Shown piece by piece: positions 28,552-38,365 of a stretch of DNA of 64,000 nt. The first letter of the stretch is position 1. Each line of letters opens with the position of its first letter. The translations under genes and the position numbers were made by a program. A model generated the notes under the pieces. The model did no database searches. It was not told the origin of the DNA and saw only the letters and a list, made by a program, of their open reading frames with translations. The stretch is from Lentisphaerota bacterium (GTDB taxonomy: Bacteria; Verrucomicrobiota; Lentisphaeria; Victivallales; UBA1829), in NCBI GenBank assembly GCA_015061845.1, contig SUVT01000002.1:4057-68056 (forward strand), written 5' to 3'.

Positions 28552-31500
28552 TTCAGATTTCTCCTTATTTTTATGGAATCGTTTCCTGGTTCTATTGTAT
28601 CAACAGCCTTTTTCCAATATATTTTTCCATCTTTCACAACAGGCATTTCCATACCGGGTACAGCCGGATAAACCAAGGTCAGGAACTCCACATTTTCCCC
28701 TTTCTGAGAGAAAATCCCCTGGGGCAAAGCAACTTGGAGCTGTCCGTGAAAACGGGTATTGAAAATCTTGCGGGTAACTTGAATCTCCGGTTTTCCGATC
28801 ATGGGGATCAGATGCAGTTCCGTCTGTTCCTGTTTGATCCATTTCCATCCTTTCCCGATCCGTTTGGCATCTGCGACTTCCAGAAGCAAATCTGTTTTTG
28901 CATCGGCTCCGAGATAAATATCACTGCGTTCAGAAAGAGCGATCGCATAAATCTTTGCCTGAGACTGGATCGCGATTTTATGCTCCCCTGCCCCCAGCTC
29001 CACAAAAAACGGTTTGTTCTTCATCCGGAAATGCCGCCACTGCCAGGTGTCCGGACGGGAATAGGGCTGCAAATAAGTCACAGCATATTTCTTACCGTCG
29101 ATCTCCAACGAAACAGGCGCACCGTTCCGGGCGTAAAGGTGAAAATACCACTTTCCTTTCTTCGGAACCTTTACGGTCCATTCTGCTTTGTCTGCTTTCT
29201 CTGAACTCTGATAACAACCATCAAAAAGAGCATCACGAATTGATAGATGATTTTTGGTAAAATTAAAAATTCCCATCCCCTGATCCGCAGTAAAAAGCTG
29301 TTCCACTTTCACATTCCGTCCGGCTTCCACTTTATCATAAACCAGATAATAAGCCGGGATCCCATCCGCAGCTTTCATCATTGTGACGATCCGTTTTCCA
29401 GCCTTGATCCCCGCCCGTCCGCAAGGAATCCCGGAATATCCCGGCGCACCGAAAAAGGAAACTGCAAAGGCTTCCGTAAAATCAACTGCAACAGAAACAG
29501 TATTCCCATCTCTGACAGGCTTTTTCAGCATGGGCTTCGACAATGCGCTTCTGTTGCGCCCTTCCCCGTCAATAATGATCTGACTGTGATATTCACTCAT
29601 GGGAACAGCCTGTCCGGGTTCGGTCAGGAACCGCAAACCGCGGGAAGTCAGAGAGATCGCACCGTATGTCAAATGGGCGTGACCGGAACCTTGTGGAGCC
29701 GTGATCGCCATAACGGAATCTTCCATTTTATCCCCAGTCCGCAGAACAGCATACCCCTGATGCGGGAAATAACCTCGATCCGGCAATCCGCCTTCCCATT
29801 TCTGAGCCTTTCCTTCCGAGGGCTTCCACCAGAGCAAACCAAGAACATCAGTCAACTCCGATGATTTCCGGGGAACACTGTTCCACAATTTATGCAGCGT
29901 CTGATCTTCCGGATAAAGCTCCAGCAATCCCGTCGGCAATCTCAACGCAAGATAATCCGCATCATCAATCGCCGGGGTTTCCGTTCCGCCCTTCATGGAA
30001 GAAACCGCCATCCAGCCGGAGATTTTTTTCAAATTGGAATCCAGCAGAGCCCGAGCCTGATTGTGTTTGTTCAAAGTCACAAGAAACGGAGTCAATTCTC
30101 CAACCGGATGATGGAAATAGGAAAAACCTTCTTCCGCATCACCGTATTCGCCGATCCATTTGTTCAAAGCAAGCAGAGAAAGACGCTCTGCCACAAGGCT
30201 GTAATCGTCAGAGATCCCTTCTTCCCCCCTCATGGCAAATCCCATGGGACCGAGAGATGCAGCAAAATAAACCGCATAATTTCCGCCGCCGGGAGAAGTA
30301 CCGTATATCCCGCAGTGGTGGTTCAAACAGGTATCTTTCTTGGCATCCATGGAAATTTTCAAAAGCACATTCAATGCCTTCAAATCTTTCTTCGGAATCA
30401 GATCATAAACCCAGTCATACGCACAAGCCATGCGGTAATCGCTATGCACCACACCGTGTGCATAACGGGAGATCTCCGCCGCTTTCAGCATGATCTCAAC
30501 TGCACGTTTTCCGTACTTTTCTTCTCCGGTGATCTGACGGGCAAACGCAAGAGACATCATGGCATTCACCCACAATTCTCTGTAATAAAGCTCTGCGAAA
30601 GCCGGAATGGCATAACGTTTCCGCATGGGATCTGTTGCAATCTTTTTCAGAGATGCCTCCACTTTCGGATCTGTCAGATATCCATCGCACTTTTTCAGGA
30701 ACTTGTTCCAATATGTTTTGTAAGGTTCTTTCGCAAAACGGGCACGGATCGCAGGCAGATCTTTTGCTGTGAACAGAATCCGGGGCCGCTCCATTTTCAC
30801 AGGGGGGATCACGATCGGCATGGAAAGGGTCGGTTTGTCTCCGATTCTGCCTTCCATTGTCAGTTTTTCATCAGCGATCACCTGAGTATCCGGTTTCCAC
30901 TGCAATAAAATACCGGAAACAGCAGGACGTACCCAACGGGGGAAATAATCCTGTGCAAACGGTGTATTGGTTACATTAAAATGTTTATTTGTCTTCAAAT
31001 CATAAACCCAGATATCCGCATTTCCGGAACGCTGAGAGGAATAAGCGAGCTTCGTTCCATCCAGGGACCAGCTGACATGTCCGCTCCACACGGGAGTCGA
31101 AAAATGTTTTTTCAAATCCGTTCCATCGGGACGGACACTCATCACCTCGGTGGAACCATCTGCATTAACAACGGTAAATGCGATTCTGTTGTTGCGCCAT
31201 CCCCAGTCCGGCTCATGAATATCTCCGGACAGAGAAAGGATCTTTTTCTGAGAAACGCCCTGTTCATCAGAAATATAAAGATCGAACTTTCCATCCCGGT
31301 TGCTGGTGAAAGAAATGTTTTTGCCATCAGGCGACCATGACGGGGAGAGATGAGTGGCTCTGTTCCAGGAAATATTTCTCATTCCTGTGCCATCATATTT
31401 CATAATAAAAATTTCGCAGTTGTTGTTCAGATCTGTCACAAAAGCGATTTTCTGTCCATCGGGGGACCAGCGGGGCTGATACTTTTCCCGGATGAACCGG

Positions 31501-31826
31501 GTAAGATTATAAATAGACTTTCCGCCGGGCTGGATCACAAAAAAATTGTAGGTGTTGGTAAAAATAAGATTACCCTGAAAAGAGACATCAGGGTAATCAT
31601 ACTGATTGGGCCCGAAACCACGGTATCCGGGCCAGAAATTTTCGGCTTTGAAGTTAGGAGAAATGACTTGCTTCCTCTGCGAGCCATCTTCATTGATCTG
31701 TTCGATAATCCTGACCGGACGCCCGGAAGAATCCCGGGCATCAGTCCCATACACAAGACTTTGTGCTGAACAGAGCGGAATCAATCCGGTCAGTGCCAGC
31801 AGCGCAGAGCAAACTTTTTTATTCAT
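28548..31826 (-). CDS. secreted TolB-type (PD40/WD40-like) beta-propeller fused to a heparinase II/III-like domain (possible polysaccharide lyase)
   Basis: Signal peptide MNKKVCSALLALTGLIPLCSA. PD40 repeats: PRWSPDGQKIAFV, PSWSPDGKNISFTSNRDG, VSWSLDGTKLAYSSQRSGNADIWV. These are followed by an alginate-lyase/DUF4962-like toroid (RPRILFTAKDLPAIRARF...DYRMACAYDWVYD) and a heparinase II/III-like C-terminal region (GSGHAHLTYGAISLTSRG). Start ATG 31826 overlaps the upstream stop (ATGA). Confidence 0.7.
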   Translation of the reverse strand: MNKKVCSALLALTGLIPLCSAQSLVYGTDARDSSGRPVRIIEQINEDGSQRKQVISPNFKAENFWPGYRGFGPNQYDYPDVSFQGNLIFTNTYNFFVIQPGGKSIYNLTRFIREKYQPRWSPDGQKIAFVTDLNNNCEIFIMKYDGTGMRNISWNRATHLSPSWSPDGKNISFTSNRDGKFDLYISDEQGVSQKKILSLSGDIHEPDWGWRNNRIAFTVVNADGSTEVMSVRPDGTDLKKHFSTPVWSGHVSWSLDGTKLAYSSQRSGNADIWVYDLKTNKHFNVTNTPFAQDYFPRWVRPAVSGILLQWKPDTQVIADEKLTMEGRIGDKPTLSMPIVIPPVKMERPRILFTAKDLPAIRARFAKEPYKTYWNKFLKKCDGYLTDPKVEASLKKIATDPMRKRYAIPAFAELYYRELWVNAMMSLAFARQITGEEKYGKRAVEIMLKAAEISRYAHGVVHSDYRMACAYDWVYDLIPKKDLKALNVLLKISMDAKKDTCLNHHCGIYGTSPGGGNYAVYFAASLGPMGFAMRGEEGISDDYSLVAERLSLLALNKWIGEYGDAEEGFSYFHHPVGELTPFLVTLNKHNQARALLDSNLKKISGWMAVSSMKGGTETPAIDDADYLALRLPTGLLELYPEDQTLHKLWNSVPRKSSELTDVLGLLWWKPSEGKAQKWEGGLPDRGYFPHQGYAVLRTGDKMEDSVMAITAPQGSGHAHLTYGAISLTSRGLRFLTEPGQAVPMSEYHSQIIIDGEGRNRSALSKPMLKKPVRDGNTVSVAVDFTEAFAVSFFGAPGYSGIPCGRAGIKAGKRIVTMMKAADGIPAYYLVYDKVEAGRNVKVEQLFTADQGMGIFNFTKNHLSIRDALFDGCYQSSEKADKAEWTVKVPKKGKWYFHLYARNGAPVSLEIDGKKYAVTYLQPYSRPDTWQWRHFRMKNKPFFVELGAGEHKIAIQSQAKIYAIALSERSDIYLGADAKTDLLLEVADAKRIGKGWKWIKQEQTELHLIPMIGKPEIQVTRKIFNTRFHGQLQVALPQGIFSQKGENVEFLTLVYPAVPGMEMPVVKDGKIYWKKAVDTIEPGNDSIKIRRNLK

Positions 31827-34408
31827 TTTCCTGTATTCCAATAAAATTCTTCTGTGAAACGGGTCTCGATATCCTTATGCCACTTTCCGGGATCATTGGG
31901 TTCTTCCGGCATAGCGGTAAAGATAACATATTTTCCTTCCTTACGGAACTCAACCGATTTTCCGTTACAATACACCGCTTTTGCCTTCGGTGCAAATGCT
32001 TTTACAGAAATTTTTCGGGAATATGCGTTTGATCTGCGCTCCAAACGCAAATCCATTGTCAAAGTTTCACCGTCACAGACGACCCAGGACTGGATCGCAA
32101 CACGGGGATAAGTGATCATCTGTCTGTCACCTTGCGCCTCTTTCGCTTCAAAAACAACTTTCGTATGAAGCTTCAAGTCACCGCCGCCCGCAATGAAATA
32201 CTGCAGCTCATCCGGCAATGTTCCCGGAATCTTCCCAACTGCACTCTTCGGTACACGCATCATCTTCAACTGCGGCTGCAATGGTGCTGCAACAGACTTC
32301 GGAGCGGTTCCGACAGCAATGTAATCAACAGCATTTTTCCATTCCAGTGAATGACTGAAACCATACCAGTTGCCAATGCTCTTCCGGATTGGCTGTACCG
32401 CATCAGGAAGGATCACTGCCAGAAAATCACCGGTCTTGCCTTCTGCAATCACCGTCCGCACATGCTGAAACTCTTTGCCGCATTTCACATCCGCAACTTT
32501 CAAAGACACATTCTCCGGCAGAGGATACCAGACCGTTGTCTTCACAGGGGTCGCCGTGAATCCGACACTGTTTTCAGCCGGAACACCAAAGACCGGACGC
32601 TTGTTTCCGGCATAGATCCACGCACCTTTCAGCGTTTGTGCAGCATTCAGCTCCACAATATTTTCTCCGGCTTTCAGCGGAACTTTCTTCGCAATGCAGT
32701 TCCATGTCAAACGGTACGGCAACGGTGTGCTGAACCAGAATTTTCCAACTTCTTTTCCATTCACTTTCGTGAAAAGCTGACTTTTCCCCGCCCCCAGCAT
32801 GTACAAGTCATAAGTTCCAGCACTGCTGACTTTCAACTTGAGACTCTTCTTTTTGAAATCAACAGAAGCTCCAGCACCAACACTGATTTCTGCGGTATCT
32901 TTTGCTGTTTTGATGTTGTTGAACGGCTCCTGCTGAAGCCGGAACTCATAAGTCGCATTCGGTGTCAGTGAACGGATGGAATCGGTAACGATCACATATC
33001 CCGGAACCTGATTTTTTGCATCCGGCGGCATAACAGCAAAAGTCCGTTCTGCCTTGCTGACTTCCGGTTTCTCGATCATGCGGCTGCTGTAACCCACTTT
33101 CCGGTTCCACGCATCGAACGCATCGACCGTATATAGCACCGCAAACTTCCCGATGACAAGACCATTGACCAGCCCTGCCCCACCGTGTTCGCTTGGGGCT
33201 TTGCTGTTGATCGTAACGATATTATGCAGAAGTCCGCTCTTGTGTCCATAGCCCGGATCTGTTGTCCGCATGACACCGCCGTAATGCAGCACGAACGATC
33301 CCACATCCGAATGGGAATGCCCCCGGGAAACGATAGCTTCCGAAGCAAAATGCAACGCCTTTTCGCTCCAGTCGGAGCGGTACAGCAGTAAATTCATTTC
33401 CGGAAAGAAACGGCTCAATGCAAACTTCTCCGGAGTAACTTTTTCCGGTGCTTTGTGATAGATGATCCCGGAAATCGGATCCGGCGCCGGCTCCTGTTCC
33501 GCATTCGCCCAGATAAGAAGCTGATCTATCGCTTTGGATTCCGGAACCAGCCGCTTGATCAAACGCAAAACATACTCTTCCGGATCCTGAATATTACAAT
33601 CTTCCATAGGAATGAAACGCAAAGGCAGCATAGGAGCGGTTTCCAACAGAAGCCACTCCGGTAATTTCGGAAAATTGGAGTCTTTCACCATGGAATATCC
33701 CTTCCGTTCCAGCATGAGTATGGCACTTCCGTTGATCACCATGGGATAATTGAAATATGCCCCGTGTTCCGTAACAGCTCCCCCCGGAACAATGGCATAC
33801 TTCAACTGGGCCTTCATTGCAAGTGCTGCCTTGTCCAATCCGGCTTTATCAAACTCCGGATGACCGCTCAGCACAGCACGATAGCGGATGGAATGGGGCA
33901 TATACATAAAATACCCCCAGTTCCCGAAAATCGAAAACGCCGGATGACGGTTCATTTTCGGATTCGTTTTCAACTCTTTCAGAATCAGATCTTTCAGATA
34001 TTTCTGATTCGACGCACTCAATCCGGCATACGCCCAGTCTAAAATATAAGGAACATGATGTCCCGTTTTGATCAGGTCGATTTTCCTGTTCCGGGCATCT
34101 GTCACCAGCCGTTCCACAGCATTGAGATATTTCATATCCCCGCCCAACTGCCATGCAAGAGCCAATTCACTCAACGCATCCAGTTTGGCATCCGAAAACT
34201 GTGATTTCACGATCTTCGATGGAACAGATTTCATTTGAAGATGCTTATTGCAGCGGGCAATCAGCTGTTTATATACCTTCCCCGGAATCCCTCCGGCTTT
34301 GATTTTTGCCTGTAACGCAGGAACATCCTCTTTGGAAAACAGCAGATGCGGATGCTCCGCTGCCGAAAGTCCGGCAGCGAAAAACAGAAAGAGCAGAAAA
34401 TATCTCAT
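31823..34408 (-). CDS. secreted heparinase II/III-like protein (possible polysaccharide lyase)
   Basis: Signal peptide MRYFLLFLFFAAGLSAAEHP, N-terminal HPHLLFSKEDVPALQAKI toroid-type region, and SRGHSHSDVGSFVLHYGG (heparinase II/III signature). Start ATG 34408 overlaps the upstream stop (ATGA). Confidence 0.7.
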   Translation of the reverse strand: MRYFLLFLFFAAGLSAAEHPHLLFSKEDVPALQAKIKAGGIPGKVYKQLIARCNKHLQMKSVPSKIVKSQFSDAKLDALSELALAWQLGGDMKYLNAVERLVTDARNRKIDLIKTGHHVPYILDWAYAGLSASNQKYLKDLILKELKTNPKMNRHPAFSIFGNWGYFMYMPHSIRYRAVLSGHPEFDKAGLDKAALAMKAQLKYAIVPGGAVTEHGAYFNYPMVINGSAILMLERKGYSMVKDSNFPKLPEWLLLETAPMLPLRFIPMEDCNIQDPEEYVLRLIKRLVPESKAIDQLLIWANAEQEPAPDPISGIIYHKAPEKVTPEKFALSRFFPEMNLLLYRSDWSEKALHFASEAIVSRGHSHSDVGSFVLHYGGVMRTTDPGYGHKSGLLHNIVTINSKAPSEHGGAGLVNGLVIGKFAVLYTVDAFDAWNRKVGYSSRMIEKPEVSKAERTFAVMPPDAKNQVPGYVIVTDSIRSLTPNATYEFRLQQEPFNNIKTAKDTAEISVGAGASVDFKKKSLKLKVSSAGTYDLYMLGAGKSQLFTKVNGKEVGKFWFSTPLPYRLTWNCIAKKVPLKAGENIVELNAAQTLKGAWIYAGNKRPVFGVPAENSVGFTATPVKTTVWYPLPENVSLKVADVKCGKEFQHVRTVIAEGKTGDFLAVILPDAVQPIRKSIGNWYGFSHSLEWKNAVDYIAVGTAPKSVAAPLQPQLKMMRVPKSAVGKIPGTLPDELQYFIAGGGDLKLHTKVVFEAKEAQGDRQMITYPRVAIQSWVVCDGETLTMDLRLERRSNAYSRKISVKAFAPKAKAVYCNGKSVEFRKEGKYVIFTAMPEEPNDPGKWHKDIETRFTEEFYWNTGK

Positions 34409-36201
34409 GAGCCAGCCCGTTCGTGGAATCTGTTTCTGAACTTGAAAAGAATCTGGGAATCTCTCCAATACTTCATCATCAACCGCTGTTTCTCACGCAG
34501 CTGATCCGCAAGTCCCGGACCGAACAGGAATGTGGTTTCATTTTCCGGACTGTTTGCCAGCGGCAGCAGCGGCGCACCGCCATCTTCCAGCAGACGGATC
34601 ATGTTAGTTGAATTGTCATATTCATCACGCATGACAACTTCCAGAATATCAGAGTTGGCAAGGGAAGAATACCCTTCACTCTTTGCACGGTCAAGAATCG
34701 CCTGGAACTGACAACAGTTCCGCAGGTTTTTCAGGACGCAAACCAGAAAGTCAAGACGGCGCAGAGATTCTTTCAGATATTCCTTGTCTGATCCGGCATT
34801 ATTCATTGCTTTCTGATAGGAGGCTCTCGCCTTGGAAAGAGTTGTCAGAATGGAGTTCCAGCAGATCACACTGCGGTCAGCTTCCTCCGGTGTTCTGCCC
34901 TGAAACACATTGCGCAAACCGTGGATATTCAGCAGGTCAAGTTCATAATCCTGACGGTCGAGAGAGTCAAACACATGCTTCTTGTAATAGTATTTTTCCT
35001 CTTCTGTCAGATTTTCCGGAATCGGCACGAACGGACGGACCAGTGTACGGCAGCTCATGGCTCCATACAATGCAACGCTGTAGTAGAAGAGATGCTTCAG
35101 AGAAGTATCGTCGATTCCGCGATAAAGATACTGCCACGCATCAAGCAGATCATTTCCGCCATCCAGTTTCATGGATTCGATCAGATTTTTCAGATAAAGC
35201 ACCCGGTCAGTCATTCCGTTGGTGGATTTGTGATATCTCTTCAGTAATTCATAATAAACGCCGCCCTTCTTGAACAAATGCTGGGTCTGTTCAATATTGA
35301 CAACGATCACATCGGGATTTGCGAGAACAGCATTTTCCAGTTCTTCGATCATGGACAGCGGGTTTTCATATGCGACCGGCTTATCCTGCGGCGGTCGCAC
35401 GAACCAGATATTTTCTTTCCGCATATTTCCTTCGTGAGGAGAGATTTTTCCGCTGAAGCACCAGAACCCCTGCCATGCGTTGTAAGCAAGAGCATCAGCA
35501 GAGGGCATTCCGGATTCCAACGCATTCAGGAAACCGGTCACACGGTCTTCCATGGAACGGTTCTTGCAAGCCTCGGGTCCATTCTTGCCGGGATAGGAAT
35601 TTGAGTTCCAGCAGAAACTTGTTCCGGAATCATTTGTCATAAAGATCATGGTGTCAAGACAGGGCGCGATCTTTCCAAGTTCGCTACTGACTTCACGGTA
35701 AAGATCCAGCACTTCTTCATTGTCAACGCAGGGTGCAAAGTAAGCTCTTCTGCTGCGGAAAGGCATGTCACAGCGGGGACCGCGCCATTCTGGATGTTCC
35801 TGAAAAACAGATTCCGGCAGCCACTGGGGGAATGCTCCGATAATACAGCCTTTCATTCCGATGGATTCCAGAAATGCGGCGCGGCGGGCAAGTTCATCAT
35901 GATTTGCCTTGATCACATCGGCAGGCAGATGCTTTTCCAGTGCTTTCGGACAATGGAACTTGAAAGGATCAGCAAATGCTGCGGTATATTCCGGATAAAA
36001 GTCATATCCCGGCTCATAGGTTCCGTTATTATCCAGCTGCCAGCGGGAACGGTCGAGCATGGCACTGCCAAGATCCATGTGGGTGAAACCGGCTTCTTTC
36101 GCATTGGATGCGACCGTCTTGAACTCTTCAAAGGTGAGACCATTTCCCATGGCGGTATAACCAGTGAAAAGGATCGTTCTTTTTTCGTCGGCAAAACTCA
36201 T
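34405..36201 (-). CDS. hypothetical Cys-rich TIM-barrel-like protein (possible novel glycoside hydrolase), no signal peptide
   Basis: 598-aa ORF from MSFADEK with a strong AGGAGGAAAAA-ATG RBS; the listed 36279 start lacks one. No family recognised. Confidence 0.6.
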   Translation of the reverse strand: MSFADEKRTILFTGYTAMGNGLTFEEFKTVASNAKEAGFTHMDLGSAMLDRSRWQLDNNGTYEPGYDFYPEYTAAFADPFKFHCPKALEKHLPADVIKANHDELARRAAFLESIGMKGCIIGAFPQWLPESVFQEHPEWRGPRCDMPFRSRRAYFAPCVDNEEVLDLYREVSSELGKIAPCLDTMIFMTNDSGTSFCWNSNSYPGKNGPEACKNRSMEDRVTGFLNALESGMPSADALAYNAWQGFWCFSGKISPHEGNMRKENIWFVRPPQDKPVAYENPLSMIEELENAVLANPDVIVVNIEQTQHLFKKGGVYYELLKRYHKSTNGMTDRVLYLKNLIESMKLDGGNDLLDAWQYLYRGIDDTSLKHLFYYSVALYGAMSCRTLVRPFVPIPENLTEEEKYYYKKHVFDSLDRQDYELDLLNIHGLRNVFQGRTPEEADRSVICWNSILTTLSKARASYQKAMNNAGSDKEYLKESLRRLDFLVCVLKNLRNCCQFQAILDRAKSEGYSSLANSDILEVVMRDEYDNSTNMIRLLEDGGAPLLPLANSPENETTFLFGPGLADQLREKQRLMMKYWRDSQILFKFRNRFHERAGS

Positions 36202-36299
36202 TTTTTCCTCCTGTATCTGATTTTTATGATAAACCGATTTATCATTTAATATAACACACCATTTTTCTTTTTCAAGCATGGTGTATTAAATTGTAGAAA

Positions 36300-37061
36300 T
36301 TAATTTGATTTTCCGTTCTTCCACTGCCAGGGAGCACCTTCACGGGTACTTGTGAAAAGATATCTGTCCGGAATAGGTTGAGTTACAATACTTGTTCCAT
36401 CAACAAATTTACTTTTGACAGCTTCAGCATGACCGTCAAGCCAGGCAGTATTCACTACACCGCCATGACGAACCCGGAAATACTGGCTGTAAGGGGAAAT
36501 AACTCTGGAAGAACCGTCCCCCATCAACAGAGAACCGGCAGCACTCGTCACAGAATTGAATTTTCTGGGATGAAGTTCTCCATAAGAAGTTCCGTCATGT
36601 TTTGTCCCTTGAGGAACAAGCATAATATTCATTGCATAGGTGTGAGTCAACGCAATGGTGGAAGAGTGACTGAACCAGAGTTTCTGATTGCTTGTCGCTG
36701 AAACATAACCATAATCGGTAAACGGCGCGTTCTCTCCGCGGTTACAATAGAGGACATGCTTTCTTGCAGTAAGAGATGCCAGCGGCGTTTTTGTATAGTT
36801 CACGATCTGAACGAAAGCAAACATTCCGGTTCCACTGCTACCTGCATCTCTGAAATCAAGCGGCATAATATAATCATCATTGTCGTTTCCGTAAAAGTTG
36901 AAAACTGCAGCGCATTGTTTCAGATTATTAAGACACCCCGACCGCTGTCCACTCTTCCTTGCATTATTCAATGCCGGCAAAAGCAAGCCTGCCAGAATCG
37001 CAATAATCGCAATCACAACCAAAAGTTCAATCAAAGTAAATTCTTTCTTACTGTTTCTCAT
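36300..37061 (-). CDS. prepilin-type N-terminal cleavage/methylation-domain protein with C-terminal H-X9-DG motif (DUF1559-like)
   Basis: [36 protein letters not shown]-terminus. C-terminal [14 protein letters not shown] reads as H-X9-DG. Confidence 0.85.
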   Translation of the reverse strand: MRNSKKEFTLIELLVVIAIIAILAGLLLPALNNARKSGQRSGCLNNLKQCAAVFNFYGNDNDDYIMPLDFRDAGSSGTGMFAFVQIVNYTKTPLASLTARKHVLYCNRGENAPFTDYGYVSATSNQKLWFSHSSTIALTHTYAMNIMLVPQGTKHDGTSYGELHPRKFNSVTSAAGSLLMGDGSSRVISPYSQYFRVRHGGVVNTAWLDGHAEAVKSKFVDGTSIVTQPIPDRYLFTSTREGAPWQWKNGKSN

Positions 37062-37107
37062 TCAAACCTCTGCTTTCTGATAAACCGTTTTATCTCTGAC
37101 ATTAATC

Positions 37108-37136
37108 ATTATAACAGCTTAATTTTAATTTGTCAA
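37108..37136 (-). promoter_or_regulatory. perfect-consensus sigma70 promoter (TTGACA-17-TATAAT) of the 25579-37061 operon
   Basis: The minus strand reads CCTCTTGACA-aattaaaattaagctgt-TATAAT-G, with the -10 element about 47 nt upstream of the ATG at 37061. Confidence 0.55.
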
Positions 37137-37363
37137 GAGGTAAAAATCATTTTCTTAAAGTTTTTTTGTTTTTTTTCAGGCAATAACCAGTTTATTTTTT
37201 ATACAATATCTGATATTTTTCGGACAGTTTCTCTGTTTTTATGAAAAAAAAGGTTTTTTTTTACGAAAAAATATAGTAGAAATTCAATCTTCCGTTTGCG
37301 AAATCAGGAAAAGAGTGTAAATTACATGAAGGAAAAAATTAAGTTACAACGGAGAAATGTTCA

Positions 37364-38350
37364 GTGAGTATCAGAAAACGCAAGATCAAAGTATATTTTC
37401 TTGGTTCAGGAGAATTTGCCGTTCCCTATCTGGACGTGCTTGCGAATTGCAGCTCCGTTGAACTTGTTGGTGTCGGCACCCAGCCGGACCGCCCGTTCGG
37501 ACGCCGCAGACAGCTGCGCCCTACCCCGGTGGGAATCTTTTGCGGCAGCCGCAACATGAACTGCGAACGAATCGAATCTGTCAGCTCCGATGAATTTTAT
37601 GCCAGAATGCTTGGCTTGCAGCCGGATCTTCTGGTCGTTGTCTCTTTCGGGCAGATCCTGAGAGAACGGATCCTGGAATTTCCACGGCTCGGCTGTTTGA
37701 ATGTTCACTCCTCACTTCTGCCGAAATACCGCGGGGCATCGCCGATCACTTCCATGATCCTCGGCGGCGATAAAATCGGCGGAGTTACCTTCATGAGAAT
37801 GGACAAAGGTCTTGATACCGGTCCGATTTATGATGTCTATGAAACGGAACTCGGTGATCACTTTACAACGCAGTCTCTGGAAAAATATCTTTCTGAAGAA
37901 TCCGCTCTGATGCTGCCGGAACTTATCACCCGGATCGTCGGCGGACTGGAGCCAACTCCCCAGGATCATTCCAAAGCATGTGTTACCAGAAAGATCAAAA
38001 AGACGGATGGCTCCATTCTCTGGAACGAAGATTCAGCAACAGTTCTCCGGAAGATCCGCGCTTACTACCCCTGGCCCGGTTCTGCATTCCGGGTCCCCAG
38101 CAAAGGCGGTTTCTCCCTGATCAAGATCACAGAAGCAAAACTTGCGGAAGGGTCAGGCGAACCGGGACACTCTATTGAGCTTGGAAAACGCTGGATCGTG
38201 GCATGCGGCAAGGGTGCAATCGAAATTTTGAAAGTAATCCCCGAAGGCTCCCGGGAAATGAATGCCGGGGATTATCTTCGCGGCTTTGGCGGTAAGACCG
38301 AACATCTCGAAAACGTACTTGATGGTCCCCCCGCAGCCGGAACAGTTTAA
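37364..38350 (+). CDS. fmt: methionyl-tRNA formyltransferase
   Basis: 328 aa with a GTG start. NVHSSLLPKYRGASPI formyltransferase motif and a C-terminal Fmt domain. Confidence 0.88.
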   Translation: MSIRKRKIKVYFLGSGEFAVPYLDVLANCSSVELVGVGTQPDRPFGRRRQLRPTPVGIFCGSRNMNCERIESVSSDEFYARMLGLQPDLLVVVSFGQILRERILEFPRLGCLNVHSSLLPKYRGASPITSMILGGDKIGGVTFMRMDKGLDTGPIYDVYETELGDHFTTQSLEKYLSEESALMLPELITRIVGGLEPTPQDHSKACVTRKIKKTDGSILWNEDSATVLRKIRAYYPWPGSAFRVPSKGGFSLIKITEAKLAEGSGEPGHSIELGKRWIVACGKGAIEILKVIPEGSREMNAGDYLRGFGGKTEHLENVLDGPPAAGTV

Positions 38351-38365
38351 CCTCTGAAACTTATA

